Positions 9,897 through 21,100 are shown, counted from the stretch's first letter. The stretch: 64,000 nt of DNA from an uncultured cyanobacterium (GCA_963803805.1 CAWDOD010000007.1:128001-192000); one strand, 5' to 3'. Notes: a model not told the origin generated them from the sequence alone. Made by a program: numbers and translations.

Positions 9897-10082
9897 TTAG
9901 ACTCCTACGGTTTCTAACCACTCAAAAATCATGTCTAATTGATTTAAACTAACCAATCCATACTGCCAAAGCACCATGGGTAAAGAGTCGGTACTTTGAT
10001 TGCTATGGCGTAAAGCAACATCAATAGAAGGTTCAGGAAGTGCTAGGTCATGGCGAAGGAAATCAATTAATTGGTTCAACAT
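9897..10082 (-). CDS. DUF2949-like small cyanobacterial protein
   Basis: 'LPMVLWQYGLVSLNQLDMIFEWL' motif. Confidence 0.8.
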   Translation of the reverse strand: MLNQLIDFLRHDLALPEPSIDVALRHSNQSTDSLPMVLWQYGLVSLNQLDMIFEWLETVGV

Positions 10083-10241
10083 AAAAAATACTCTCTTTTT
10101 TGTCCCCTGGGTAAATTATTTTTCTAACCCAAACTGATTATGACAAGCCCATATATGCGTACCAGTTTGCGTAATGTATACGCAATGTATAAATTAAAGG
10201 GAAGATAATTATTATTGATTTATTTAAGCTACTAATTAAAC

Positions 10242-10739
10242 ATGAACTTAAATATTCGCATTGGGAACGGTTATGATATTCACCGTTTGATAGAAGGAAG
10301 ACCTTTAATTTTAGGTGGTGTAGAGATTCCCCATAGTTTAGGATTGCTAGGTCATAGTGATGCTGATGCCCTTACCCATGCCATTATGGACGCAATGTTA
10401 GGGGCTTTAAGCCTGGGAGATATTGGTCATTATTTTCCCCCTAGTGACCCTAAATGGTCTGGGGCTAACAGTTTGATGTTGCTCAAACAAGTTAATCAAT
10501 TAATTACTGCCCAAGGTTGGCAAATTGGTAATATTGATTCTGTGATTGTGGCGGAACGTCCTAAACTCAAACCCCATATTAAAACTATGGGCGATCGCCT
10601 AGCCCAAACCTTAAATTTAGAACCTTCCCAAGTTGGCATTAAAGCGACAACAAACGAAAAGTTAGGCCCTGTGGGCAGGGAAGAAGGTATTTCTGCTTAT
10701 GCTGTGGTGTTGTTGGTAAAGGAGAACAACCCCAACTAA
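10242..10739 (+). CDS. ispF: 2-C-methyl-D-erythritol 2,4-cyclodiphosphate synthase
   Basis: 'RIGNGYDIH', '[11 protein letters not shown]', 'KATTNEKLG'. Confidence 0.97.
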   Translation: MNLNIRIGNGYDIHRLIEGRPLILGGVEIPHSLGLLGHSDADALTHAIMDAMLGALSLGDIGHYFPPSDPKWSGANSLMLLKQVNQLITAQGWQIGNIDSVIVAERPKLKPHIKTMGDRLAQTLNLEPSQVGIKATTNEKLGPVGREEGISAYAVVLLVKENNPN

Positions 10740-10896
10740 TTAAGTAATTCTATTGTAGAAACTTTGTCCAAAATTACACTCAACAGAATTCCGAATCTTA
10801 CTGCGTTTTTGGTAGTAATGATCCTAATGCTTCTCCGGATCGATTTTATGCTCAGTAACATTAATCATCAACACAACATTTTCTAGGAGTTAGCTT

Positions 10897-11451
10897 ATGT
10901 TTAATCCCAAAAAACAAGTTGTAATTCCCCTACTTATGCTTGCCGCAACACAACTTCTATCGACTTTACCAACTAATGCTCAAACTCCCTTAACTGCACA
11001 ATCTAAACTAGCAATCAATGGCATTAATTCTGTTAGGGTAGGAATGACCATTACAGAGGCTGAAAAAGCTACTGGACAAAGGCTTTTGTCTCCTTATAAT
11101 TATGAAGATGACTTTTGTTATTACCGACAAGCAAGAGGTGGGCCTCAAGGGCTAAATTTCATGATTATTGAAGGACAAATCGCTAGGATAGATGTTTTTG
11201 GTCAAAGCGAGATAACTACTATTAGTGGCGCTAAAATAGGAGATACAGAAGAGAAAATCAAGTCTCTTTATGGCGACAAAATTAAAGTTAGTCCTCACCC
11301 ATATATAAAAGGACATTACTTAACTTATGTCCCACGTAGTGTAGAAGATAGCAACTATCGAGTCATTTTTGAAACTAATGAAAGAGGACGAGTAATTTCA
11401 TTTCGTTCAGGAAGACTACCTGAAGTTAGCTGGATTGAAGGTTGTTCTTAA
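10897..11451 (+). CDS. secreted hypothetical protein
   Basis: Signal peptide, AGGAG RBS, C-terminal 'EGCS' with a second Cys upstream. Confidence 0.75.
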   Translation: MFNPKKQVVIPLLMLAATQLLSTLPTNAQTPLTAQSKLAINGINSVRVGMTITEAEKATGQRLLSPYNYEDDFCYYRQARGGPQGLNFMIIEGQIARIDVFGQSEITTISGAKIGDTEEKIKSLYGDKIKVSPHPYIKGHYLTYVPRSVEDSNYRVIFETNERGRVISFRSGRLPEVSWIEGCS

Positions 11452-11523
11452 CCTTAAGTGATCAGAAAGAGTTAGCCCACCATGGGTAGATGCTCTGATT
11501 AAATTTTAATTACTTATTGTCAA

Positions 11524-12348
11524 TTAACCAACGCCTTCAGATGCTTTTTTGATTTTCTCCACCAACTCAGAAACTTCCTCCGGAGTTAACACAGGGCTTT
11601 CTGGGGTATCTATAGAAGGCCAAGCTTTGGTTAACTCACTGAGGGATTCTTGAACTGTTTCGGCTGCTTCAGGGGCAAGCCCTGAAAGTTGCTCATCTAC
11701 TGTTGCGAACAGTTGCTGGCTATAAAGTACAAATCCCCTAGAATCTTGATACTCAATTAGTTCAACAAATTTGCCATCAGCTAAGGAAGCTTCGTATTCT
11801 TCTGCGGCAACCGCTAGCATCCCGTTAATAGAATCTAAAACAAATTGAGGAGAACTTAATTGTTCTTGTGGAATAGCAGAGATTGCACCATTGATGGCCA
11901 TCATAGCAGCTTGGTATTTTTCCTCTAGTTCAGGGGCTTGGGGTGTTGTCTTAACCAAGTCATGAAGTTCATCTAGAGTTCCTTTAAATTCCTCAACCTT
12001 ACGTTCTTCTAATTCCCCTTCAATATCACCATAAATTTCTTCAACTGGATGCCCAATATGAGGTTCAGCCTCTTCAGGTTTATCTGCATCTAGTAACTCT
12101 TTAGCTACCATCATATGACCCTTCATCAACCCCAAAGAAATCATATAATTTACATCAGGGTTACTACTTGCAGCAGAGTCTTCTGAGCGTCCCTCTTCGC
12201 CTCCTTCACCTCCTTCACTAACAGTTTCTTCTATTTCCTCTGTTACTCCCCCATCTTCATCTCCTGGGGTATCAGCACCACCGCAAGCCGTTAAACCGAC
12301 AGCTAAGGTTGCAGCTAAGAACAGTTCTAAGGGTTTAAGTTGTTTCAT
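11524..12348 (-). CDS. acidic, His-containing lipoprotein, possible metal-binding partner of the oxidase
   Basis: Lipobox LTAC, 'EGGEGGEEG' linker, 'KGHM', 'HIGHPVEEIY', 'EYQDSRGF'. Confidence 0.7.
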   Translation of the reverse strand: MKQLKPLELFLAATLAVGLTACGGADTPGDEDGGVTEEIEETVSEGGEGGEEGRSEDSAASSNPDVNYMISLGLMKGHMMVAKELLDADKPEEAEPHIGHPVEEIYGDIEGELEERKVEEFKGTLDELHDLVKTTPQAPELEEKYQAAMMAINGAISAIPQEQLSSPQFVLDSINGMLAVAAEEYEASLADGKFVELIEYQDSRGFVLYSQQLFATVDEQLSGLAPEAAETVQESLSELTKAWPSIDTPESPVLTPEEVSELVEKIKKASEGVG

Positions 12349-12460
12349 AAATTTGAGATTCAAAAAATTTCAACAGGACTAATAATTAAATTATGATTAA
12401 TAGAATATATTGTCAATAAGATATTTTTTTTATTGCTTACTTACTGTTCCCCCTCAACAA

Positions 12461-13471
12461 TCAGCCATCCCGACTAATCACTTTAAACATCCCCATGCAA
12501 CCATGTTCTGCAATAACATCTTGATGGGGATGAAACATATATTTTCCTGGATAAGGATAGCTGAATTCTAGTATGTGTCGTTCTGCGGTTCCCATTGTAA
12601 TCACATCGGTTTCTTCATTGGGAATTAGGGATCGCCCTGTACGATAAACCTGAAAGAAATTAGCATGAATATGAAAAGTCACAGCAGGGTCAAACTCAAT
12701 CATATTTAGCACATAGAGACGCACAAGCTGGTTTTGGTAAATAGGAATAGGGTGGTCACGAAAATAGTTAGGAATGCCGTTGAAGGCATAAAGTTCATTC
12801 TTTTCATCATTATTAATATCGTATCCTCCCATAATCATCACCATTTCATCAGCCGGAGGACGACCTTCAGGAGGATCAATAATGAACATACCATAGAGTC
12901 CCTTAGCAATGTGGCGTGTCACCGGGGCTATGTGGCAGTGGTAAAGCTGTACACCGTAGGGTTCAGCCTCAAACTCATAAATAGCTGTTTTGCCATGACG
13001 AACAGGTTCAACCCCATCAGATTCTGCTGGGTGAATGCCGTGAAAGTGCATGGTATGAGAATGACCATCCTGGTTATTGAAAATTACCCGTATCCTTTCT
13101 CCAGCTTTAGCCCGAAAGGTTGGTCCTGGTACTCTACCATTAATATTCCAGCTTTTAAAAGGCAAAGCACTATTGAGATAAATGGTGCTATTGTTAGCAA
13201 CAGCTTGGAATTCTCTAATAGTTCGTCCTTTTTCTCGTTTTAAAGTCCCCCAATCAAACTCTCTGAGGATTTGGATAGGATTGACTCCGTTGCCAGCGCT
13301 GGATAACTTTTCAGGGATAGGGGGAATTCTGACACCAGAAGAACTAACACCGGAACTACGAAGATAGTTAAAAGCAGCTATTGTTCCCAATCCCCCAGCC
13401 CCTAACAGAGTCCATTGCAAAACCTGTCGGCGACTAAAGGGCTTTAACGACCAATGCTTGTCTAAGGTCAT
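12461..13471 (-). CDS. Tat-exported two-domain multicopper oxidase
   Basis: SRRQVL twin-Arg signal; HTMHFHG and YHCHIAPVTRHIAKGL in domain 1; FHIH and FHPH in domain 2. Confidence 0.9.
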   Translation of the reverse strand: MTLDKHWSLKPFSRRQVLQWTLLGAGGLGTIAAFNYLRSSGVSSSGVRIPPIPEKLSSAGNGVNPIQILREFDWGTLKREKGRTIREFQAVANNSTIYLNSALPFKSWNINGRVPGPTFRAKAGERIRVIFNNQDGHSHTMHFHGIHPAESDGVEPVRHGKTAIYEFEAEPYGVQLYHCHIAPVTRHIAKGLYGMFIIDPPEGRPPADEMVMIMGGYDINNDEKNELYAFNGIPNYFRDHPIPIYQNQLVRLYVLNMIEFDPAVTFHIHANFFQVYRTGRSLIPNEETDVITMGTAERHILEFSYPYPGKYMFHPHQDVIAEHGCMGMFKVISRDG

Positions 13472-13667
13472 AATTGTTAGGGAAAGTTCTCAATAAGCTA
13501 GTTCTAAAATGGAGTCTATACTTATTGAACATTAATGTCAAGAACTTCAACAATAACTCTAGGACTTACGTCGTGAAATGATAAATCATACCAAATCCGG
13601 TTAACAAAATGCCTCTATAACACTGAGAAAAAAGTCATTAAGAGAGAGCCAAGAAAAGACTTATCCA

Positions 13668-13799
13668 ACGTGAGTTCGACGAAAGCCGAAAATCAGTAAA
13701 CTCATTAAAGACTCAGAAGCTGTAAAGCCTATTGTTACGTGAGAAAAATCAGTCTCCAATCCAAAATCTAAAATCTAAAATCCAAAATCGAACTCACGT
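13668..13799. mobile_element. 132-bp MITE with IS982-type ends
   Basis: TIR ACGTGAGTTCGA...TCGAACTCACGT, identical to the IS at 53705-54716; flanked by 7-bp direct repeat TTATCCA (13661-13667, 13800-13806). Confidence 0.92.
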
Positions 13800-13900
13800 T
13801 TATCCAAAAGCGATAAGCTAGTCGCTAGTGGCTAGTTGCTAAAATCTTATACTTGGTGAGAATATTTTATTTATTAGGAGTTCTCTAAAGCCTAATGATT

Positions 13901-15352
13901 TTAGCTTTGCTTTTCTTGCCAACTTCCCTCTTGAAAGCGAAAATAACTTCCTAAAGTTTGCTTCAAAACGCGGATGGCTAAGGCTGGTTCTAACAAACTA
14001 TTAGGAGACTTAAGCATATGCATTACCTCAAATAACTTCAGACAAATATCAGGATTGGTCGTTGCTAACTCATCTACACCATCCATATAACCTTGCATTA
14101 AACAATCTTTGAAACTCTGGGACTTACCCTCCACCCCTGAATAACGGGCATCTTGAGTTATTGCCGTTAGCCAAGGCACAGCTACGACTTTACTTAGTTC
14201 TTTTTGGAAGCGGCGCTCTACCCCCATTAGCCCATCTTGTAAGCACTGGTCTAATGTTACAGCCCCCAGAGCAGAGACGGTTAAACCTTGGCCATAAATA
14301 GGACTGAAGGTACAAACAGCATCCCCAGTAACAATAAACCCTTCTGGTTGCTTAGGAAGTTGTTCATAGTAACGCCAACGGTTTCCAGAGGGGCGGTAAG
14401 TATAAATAGGAGAAAGGGGGTGGGCATTTTTCAATGTGTCGTAAATTATCGGGCTAGCTAGGTTCCTCAGAAACTCTAGAAAACCAACTTCATCTCCGGG
14501 GGGATAATCAGGAGCGATACTAAAAGTGCCAACTGTCCAGCGATCGCCTTCAATGGGATAAACGATACCTGCACGGTTGCGTTTTGGGGGAGAAGCTTGT
14601 AAATATAGGGCTTTCCAATCGGCTTGAAACTCAGCAGGAATTTGATAAATACGGCTAGCATAACCGGGATGAGCATTAACTATAGTTTCTTTAGGGGCTT
14701 GATAACCTAACGCTTCTAGCCACTGGGGGGCTTGGGAATTTCTGCCGCTAGCATCAACTACTAAATCAGCCTGGATTTCTTTTTGGTAGCTATTTTTTGA
14801 GGAGGTATGATTCTCTTTTTTGGAGACGCATTCGCGATCACGAATGCGGACTGACACCCCTGTTACTTTGCCATCATTTTGGGATAGTAAACCTGTAACA
14901 TAACCCCCTTCTACGAAGTTAACTAGCTTCAAAGCTAACAGACGTTTATGGAGATACCAATCTAATAAATCTCTACTTAAGGTGAGAATCTTGAAATCCG
15001 ACGGAAAGCGTACTGCCCAGCCAAAAGGCTTTAACCAAGCAATATCTGCTGTCATATCTAAAAGCTGAGCATCAGCAGCCATTAAATCCTCAGTAAAGCC
15101 ACCAAAAAGCTCTTCGAGAATAAGACGACCCCGCATTAGTAGAAAGTGGAGATGGGGTGATTGAGGTACTCCTGGCCGAAAAGCTGGTTTCTCCGGAAAG
15201 TAATCTTTTTCAATGATAGTTACTCTATCAAAGTGGTCAGCTAGTACTCGACCAGCTAGTAAGCCAGTAATACTGCCACCGATGACTAGGGCATGACTAC
15301 CAGTTGGAGAGTCCTGAAGCTGATCTGCAAAAGCTGAGTTTGAGGGCTGCAT
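13901..15352 (-). CDS. FAD-dependent monooxygenase/oxidoreductase
   Basis: 'ALVIGGSITGL' Rossmann motif, 'ADLVVDASGR', 'GDAVCTFSPIYGQG'. Confidence 0.88.
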   Translation of the reverse strand: MQPSNSAFADQLQDSPTGSHALVIGGSITGLLAGRVLADHFDRVTIIEKDYFPEKPAFRPGVPQSPHLHFLLMRGRLILEELFGGFTEDLMAADAQLLDMTADIAWLKPFGWAVRFPSDFKILTLSRDLLDWYLHKRLLALKLVNFVEGGYVTGLLSQNDGKVTGVSVRIRDRECVSKKENHTSSKNSYQKEIQADLVVDASGRNSQAPQWLEALGYQAPKETIVNAHPGYASRIYQIPAEFQADWKALYLQASPPKRNRAGIVYPIEGDRWTVGTFSIAPDYPPGDEVGFLEFLRNLASPIIYDTLKNAHPLSPIYTYRPSGNRWRYYEQLPKQPEGFIVTGDAVCTFSPIYGQGLTVSALGAVTLDQCLQDGLMGVERRFQKELSKVVAVPWLTAITQDARYSGVEGKSQSFKDCLMQGYMDGVDELATTNPDICLKLFEVMHMLKSPNSLLEPALAIRVLKQTLGSYFRFQEGSWQEKQS

Positions 15353-15634
15353 TGTTTGAAAAAATCCCTACTATAATGCTCCACCATCATAGTCAATTAG
15401 CTGGTTTATTTAGTACCCTAACTCTTAAATTTATTTTAAAACATATTGCTCTGTTGCTATAGCGATGTTGGCATTTCCATTTTCCTGTGGCTAATATAAA
15501 AGATATAGATATATTTTCTCTTGAAAGATAATTTTAAGTTATACATAAAATGGACGTTTAGCAAACGCGATCACAAATCTCCACCTTCGATAATAGATTT
15601 CTAGACAAATAACTAAAACTCCGAGCATAGCCTT

Positions 15635-16174
15635 ATGATGGCCATAGAAAAAAGCATTACTAATCAATCTCTTCAAGTTGTTTCCAGACAACTGCTGAAA
15701 AGATATGTAGCAGGAGAAAGGGATTTTCGCCAAGTGAACCTCAGCGGAGAAACCATGAGTTGGGCTTGTTTAAAAAATGCTGATTTACAGGAAGCTAATT
15801 TGGATGGGACAATTTTACAAGGGGCTAGTTTAAGCAAGGCTAACTTAAGAAGCACTAGTTTAAGGGGCATTAACTTAATGACTGCTGATTTAGCAGGTGC
15901 TAATTTAACCGATGCTAATTTAACTGATGCTAATTTACGAGAAGCCGATCTTCAAGGTGCTGATTTGACAGGGGCGAATATAACTGATGCAGATTTAACC
16001 GATGCTAATTTGAGAGGAACAAAAATGCCGGATGGTACAGTTATGTCTGCTGAACAATTAGTCAGTTTAAGTGGAGAAAGAAATAGGCAGTATGCAAAAT
16101 TTATGGTTTTGTTATTAAAACCCTTGAAAAAAGCGATCAAGAAAAAACCTAGAGAAAGTAAAACTGACAACTAG
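15635..16174 (+). CDS. pentapeptide repeat protein
   Basis: 'LLKRYVAGERDF' start and A(D/N)Lxx repeats. Confidence 0.9.
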   Translation: MMAIEKSITNQSLQVVSRQLLKRYVAGERDFRQVNLSGETMSWACLKNADLQEANLDGTILQGASLSKANLRSTSLRGINLMTADLAGANLTDANLTDANLREADLQGADLTGANITDADLTDANLRGTKMPDGTVMSAEQLVSLSGERNRQYAKFMVLLLKPLKKAIKKKPRESKTDN

Positions 16175-17575
16175 CTATTTTTTACCAATAAGCCAATAAG
16201 TAAACATTTCCCCTTTACCTTTAACTTTAATAAGTCCTCGTTTTTCAAAAAGATATTGCTCTTGCAAGCATTGATAAATAGTAGTAGTAACTTGAATTCG
16301 GTCAGGAAGTCCTTGAGATTCCATGCGACTAGCTACGTTGACAGTATCCCCCAAAGAATCGTAAATAAATTTGTTTTTACCAATTACTCCTGCTACTACA
16401 GGCCCTGTGTGAATACCAATACGAATTTTTAATTCTTGTCCTAATTGATTAGCTAAATACTTTATGGCAGTTTGCATCTCTAAGGCCAAATTAGCTATAG
16501 CTTCGACGCGATCGCTACGGTGCATAGGAACTCCTCCTACCACCATATAAGCATCACCAATGGTTTTAATTTTTTCTAAGCCGTGGCGATCACAAATAGT
16601 ATCAAATTCTGAGAAAATTACATTAAGCAACTCAACAAGTTTTCGAGGAGATACAGTTGCAGATAACTCGGTAAAACCAACCAAATCAGCGAAAAGAATT
16701 GTCCCATCCGCGAAGCCATCAGCAATATTAGTTTTACCTTCTTTTAATTGTTCAGCAATGGGTTTGGGTAAAATATTTAATAACAATCTTTCTGACTTTT
16801 CTTGTTCAACACGCAAAACAGCTTCAGTTTTTTTACGTTCAGCAATTTCTTGGGAAATACGCTCATACATTTGCTTAAATGCGCTGATAACTTCCCCCAA
16901 TTCATCGTTGCGTTGACAAGAAAGGGAAGAAAATTCTTGTTGAGAGTTTTGGCTAACTGTTTCTCCTAACTTTACTAAGTCATTACGGAGTTGCACAACC
17001 GGAGCAATTACTCTATCTCCTAAAACTATCATCGTAACAAGGGTAACAAAGCCAGAAATTAGTAAAACTAAGCCTGCTATGCGTAGAGTAAAAGCAGACA
17101 AATTGCTCTTAATAAAAGAAGTATCGTAGCGAATAATAACGGTATATTCTTGTTCTTGGTAAGGAGCATACCAAACCATATCATAACGATTACCGTCATT
17201 ACTACGGCGCTTTTTGACCATAGCCTGTTGTAATTCTTGATAGGTTAATTGAGGTGGTTCACCAAATACCTCAACTAATTGTCCTTGTTTATCATAAACA
17301 GCCACTCCTAAAAATAGAGAGTCTTGGGTAAAGTTTTCGAGTAACTTCAGAAAAGTTTCTTTATTCCCATCTACTTGGTAGGAATTGGTAATAGAGGTCA
17401 TTACCGCTTCAGAAATTGCTGATTGTTGGGCAAGTAAATCCTGTTCGCGCTTTTGATAGGAAGGAACAAGAATGATCGCCTCAATCACCACAATACTGGC
17501 AAATATCCAAAGAGAAACACGCCTTGATAACCTTGCTTTAAAAGAATTAAACAGCACTAGCAGCCTGGTTGACAT
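16175..17575 (-). CDS. membrane-bound class III adenylate/guanylate cyclase with periplasmic region and HAMP domain
   Basis: Two TM segments, 'RNDELGEV' HAMP, 'FADLVGFT', 'KTIGDAYM', 'GDTVNVASRME'. Confidence 0.92.
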   Translation of the reverse strand: MSTRLLVLFNSFKARLSRRVSLWIFASIVVIEAIILVPSYQKREQDLLAQQSAISEAVMTSITNSYQVDGNKETFLKLLENFTQDSLFLGVAVYDKQGQLVEVFGEPPQLTYQELQQAMVKKRRSNDGNRYDMVWYAPYQEQEYTVIIRYDTSFIKSNLSAFTLRIAGLVLLISGFVTLVTMIVLGDRVIAPVVQLRNDLVKLGETVSQNSQQEFSSLSCQRNDELGEVISAFKQMYERISQEIAERKKTEAVLRVEQEKSERLLLNILPKPIAEQLKEGKTNIADGFADGTILFADLVGFTELSATVSPRKLVELLNVIFSEFDTICDRHGLEKIKTIGDAYMVVGGVPMHRSDRVEAIANLALEMQTAIKYLANQLGQELKIRIGIHTGPVVAGVIGKNKFIYDSLGDTVNVASRMESQGLPDRIQVTTTIYQCLQEQYLFEKRGLIKVKGKGEMFTYWLIGKK

Positions 17576-18165
17576 GACCTTAATCCTTGATGTTTCGTGG
17601 GCAAGTTTCCAAGCAGTTAGATGGAGGGTGTCACCCCTCATTATAGATTAACTAACACTGGGGCTTGCAAATAAGGATTTAGCAACAGATCCCTATAGTC
17701 TTAATTTCCTATTTATTGGCGATTACATCCGGATATTTTAGTTATAGGGTGTGTTCTTTTAGATAATTCTTCATCTTGAGCTAAACTTTTTGATAGGAAC
17801 GTACTATTATCATGAATAATATGCTGCTAATAAATTTCTATTTGCCAATTTTAAAAATAGCAGCCGGTTTATTATTACTGGTGAAGGTGATTTTGTGACA
17901 AATGGTACGTTAAGTACTGAATAAATAGTTTAGGTAGCTTCTTTATGGTTTTCACCATGACAAAAGCAGCGATCGCGCAATTTAGTTTTTAACAAAAGTG
18001 AGGATTTTCTCCACAAGTCTATATTTTTCTTTTTTATTAGAGATGTCATAAGTATAGCTAAAAGGGATAGTTTTGCCATTTATCAATTTAATCATAACTC
18101 TATGACTATTTTTAGCAGTGATCCTAGAATATAACTCTACTTCAGCCATTTTAATATCTTGAAGG

Positions 18166-21100
18166 CTATGTTGTTCTTAATTGTTGCTGACAACGTTCGA
18201 GATAAATTTGTGTCACTTTATCCCCAGGATTTTTGACTAAACAGTCTCTAAACGTAGCAGCAGCTTCAGAAAACTTTTTAGCATTATAAAGAAAAATTCC
18301 CCTTTCAAAAGCAGATTTAGTAACTAGTTTTGCTTCTTTTATTTCTAAAGGTTCAGCATCAAATACTTCATAGACAGTAACAGCTTCTGTTTTACCTTTA
18401 ACTGTTACTTTATCTATAATACGAATGCTATAGTGATGGTGATTATTTAAAGCTTCAAAAGTATGCTGGGTAATCAATAAGGTTACTTGATAATCTTTAG
18501 TTAAAGCTTCTATACGAGATGCTAAATTAACTGCGTCACTAATCACCGTTCCTTCCATACGATTAGTTCCCCCCACAGTACCTAGCATTAATAAACCTGT
18601 ATTAATCCCAATGCCAATTTTGATAGGAGGGCGCTTGCCACCGCCACGAGTTTTGTTATATTCAGCGATAGTTTGTAACATAGCAATACCGGCTTTCACC
18701 GCATCATCAGCCGAACCGTCAAATAAGGCCATAATGGCATCGCCAATAAACTTATCAATGAAGCCATTATTATCAGCAATTACAGGTTCCATACGGCTGA
18801 GAAAAGCATTGATAAATCGAAAATTATCTTGAGGATTCATTATTTCTGAAAGAGAAGTAAAGGAACGAAGATCAGAAAATAAAACCGACATTTTCCTTTG
18901 TACGGCATCCCCTAACTTGACATCAGCGATACTTTTTTTATTTAATAATTGGAGAAATTGGCGAGGTACAAACCTTTCATTAGCTTTGTTTAATTGAGAG
19001 AGTTCTGCTGTAAATCTTTCTCTTTCTGCTTCAGCTTTCTTGCGTTCTGTGATATCTTGAAAAGCAGAAATTCCGTAAGCAATTTGTCCTGTTTCATCAA
19101 AAATGGGCGTACCCCAAGCTTCTAAGGGTATGGCTTTATTACCGCGGCGAACTTCAATATTATCGACGGTTTTGCTTTCACCTTTCAAAGCCCGTCTACT
19201 AGGTAAATTTTCTTGAGGATATAGCTCATCAGTACCAGTAGTATAAATTTTATAAGCATTGCTTTGCCGAGGGTTACTCTCATTAGGAACTACCCCTTGA
19301 CCTAATAACTCTTTAGCCCGATGATTACTATAATAAGGATTTCCTTTAGTATCAAATACTGCTACCCCCACAGGCATAGCTTCTAGGAATTGAGTTAAAC
19401 GGCTTTCGCTTTCTCTTACTTCTGAATAAAGTTTGGCATTGGTAATAGAAATTGCGGCTTGGGAAGATAAGAGTTTAATAATTTCTAAGCGATTAGCTGT
19501 AAAAGCTCCTGTGGTTAGATTATTTTCCAAATAAATAATACTAACTAATCTACTTTGATTAATTAAAGGAACACAAAGAATTGATTGGGGTTGATAATCT
19601 CTAATATAGGCATCATGAGTGAATTTCCCTTCGTAAGCAGGATCGTTTAAGACTAAATTTTCATGGGTACGGGCAACATAGTTGATAATTGAAACAGGAA
19701 CTTCTTGGGTTGTATTTTTAATTAAAACTGATTGCCATCTTTGCACTTTAGCAGACTCTATTGTCCCTACAGCTTCAATAAAAAGTTGACCTTTATTTTG
19801 TAAAATAAGAACCCCAACCTCTGCTCCAGCATTTTCTAGTAACATAGTCATAAGATTGGCAAGAAGCTTATCTAAAATAATTTCTCCAGCAATAGCTTGA
19901 GAGGATTTAATAACAGTTGCCAAATCTAAATACTGCCCATATTGATTACCGGTTTTTGAGTTGGTAAACTGAGTTGATTCTAGGGAATAATTTAGAGGTG
20001 TATAATTGCCTTGAAAAAGCTGAGGATATTGATTCTCTAGCTGATTTGCCTTAGCTTTTGCTCCCCAGCGAAGATAACAATAATGAGCATCTAATAAATA
20101 GGCACGGGCGATTTTCTTCTTTCCTCTACTTAAATAGAATTTCGCTGCCAACTCATTAGCAAGGGCTTCTTCATTAACATACTGAGTCTCTCTAGCTAAG
20201 GCGATCGCATTATCATAACTATCCATCGCTTCGGTAAAGTCACCAAGAAAACGATGTTTTTCAGCTTCAATGAGATAAAATTTATGTAAAAAATTAACCG
20301 GAGCGCAGTCAGCTAAAAATTTAATTACTTGCTGGTGATTTGCTATCTGATCAAGGACTTTTTCTTGTTCTTTTCCATCGCTAGCATTGGCAATAGCTAA
20401 CTTGATCAAAGCTGCATAAAAGTGAAAAATTGGTGTTAGCAAAGAGCCAACAGCTACATCTAAATCCTGTGTCGCAGCTTCTATATTATCCAGGGCTTTA
20501 GGTAGTTCTCCAAAGAGATAACAAAGTATACTGGTTTGTAAGTTAACTAAATAAACTGAACTTCTACTATTGACTTTGATATACCAGGGGAACCAAACCT
20601 CAACATCATAAGCTTCTCCAACCAGATAGCAAGGATTTTCTGCGTTTCCTGTTAAGTTAAGTGCTACTTGATAAAAAATAGAAATAGTTTGCCAATCTGA
20701 TTGTTGTTTGAGTTGGCTAATCATGTCGCGATAGGCAACTATTTCTGCTTGGAATTTAACTAAATCTTGTCCTAGAAAATAGTAATGTAAAGCGTAACTA
20801 CTTGCTCCGTGAGCAGCATACTCTATATCCCCAATTTCTAAACCTATTTGATAGGCATCCACAGAAAAATGTAAAGTTTCTCTTACAGAAGCACGAAAAT
20901 GTTTAACTAAGCTATTAACGATGTGAAAAGTTTTGGCTTGGACTTCTTTTGTCTCTAAGAAATCTAATAGATCTAAAGCAAGTTCTCCAAAGCGGTAACC
21001 ATTATCTACATCGTGAAAAATCGCACAAAGTATGCTGCCATAATAAGCATAAGCAGGGGCCGAAAGTGAAGTATTACCATACTCTAAAGAAAGCTTAACT

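Noticed and set aside
12461-13471. Copper nitrite reductase (nirK) call
   Set aside because: HCH in domain 1 plus HxH pairs in both domains fits a trinuclear-site two-domain oxidase
13586-13598. 13-bp inverted match TCATACCAAATCC to 33917-33929 at the trmFO start
   Set aside because: A 13-bp match 20 kb apart is expected by chance in 64 kb of AT-rich DNA; no target duplication
17580-17645. Hairpin GAGGGTGTCACCCCTC upstream of the cyclase as a riboswitch
   Set aside because: Only a short stem, with no recognisable aptamer consensus
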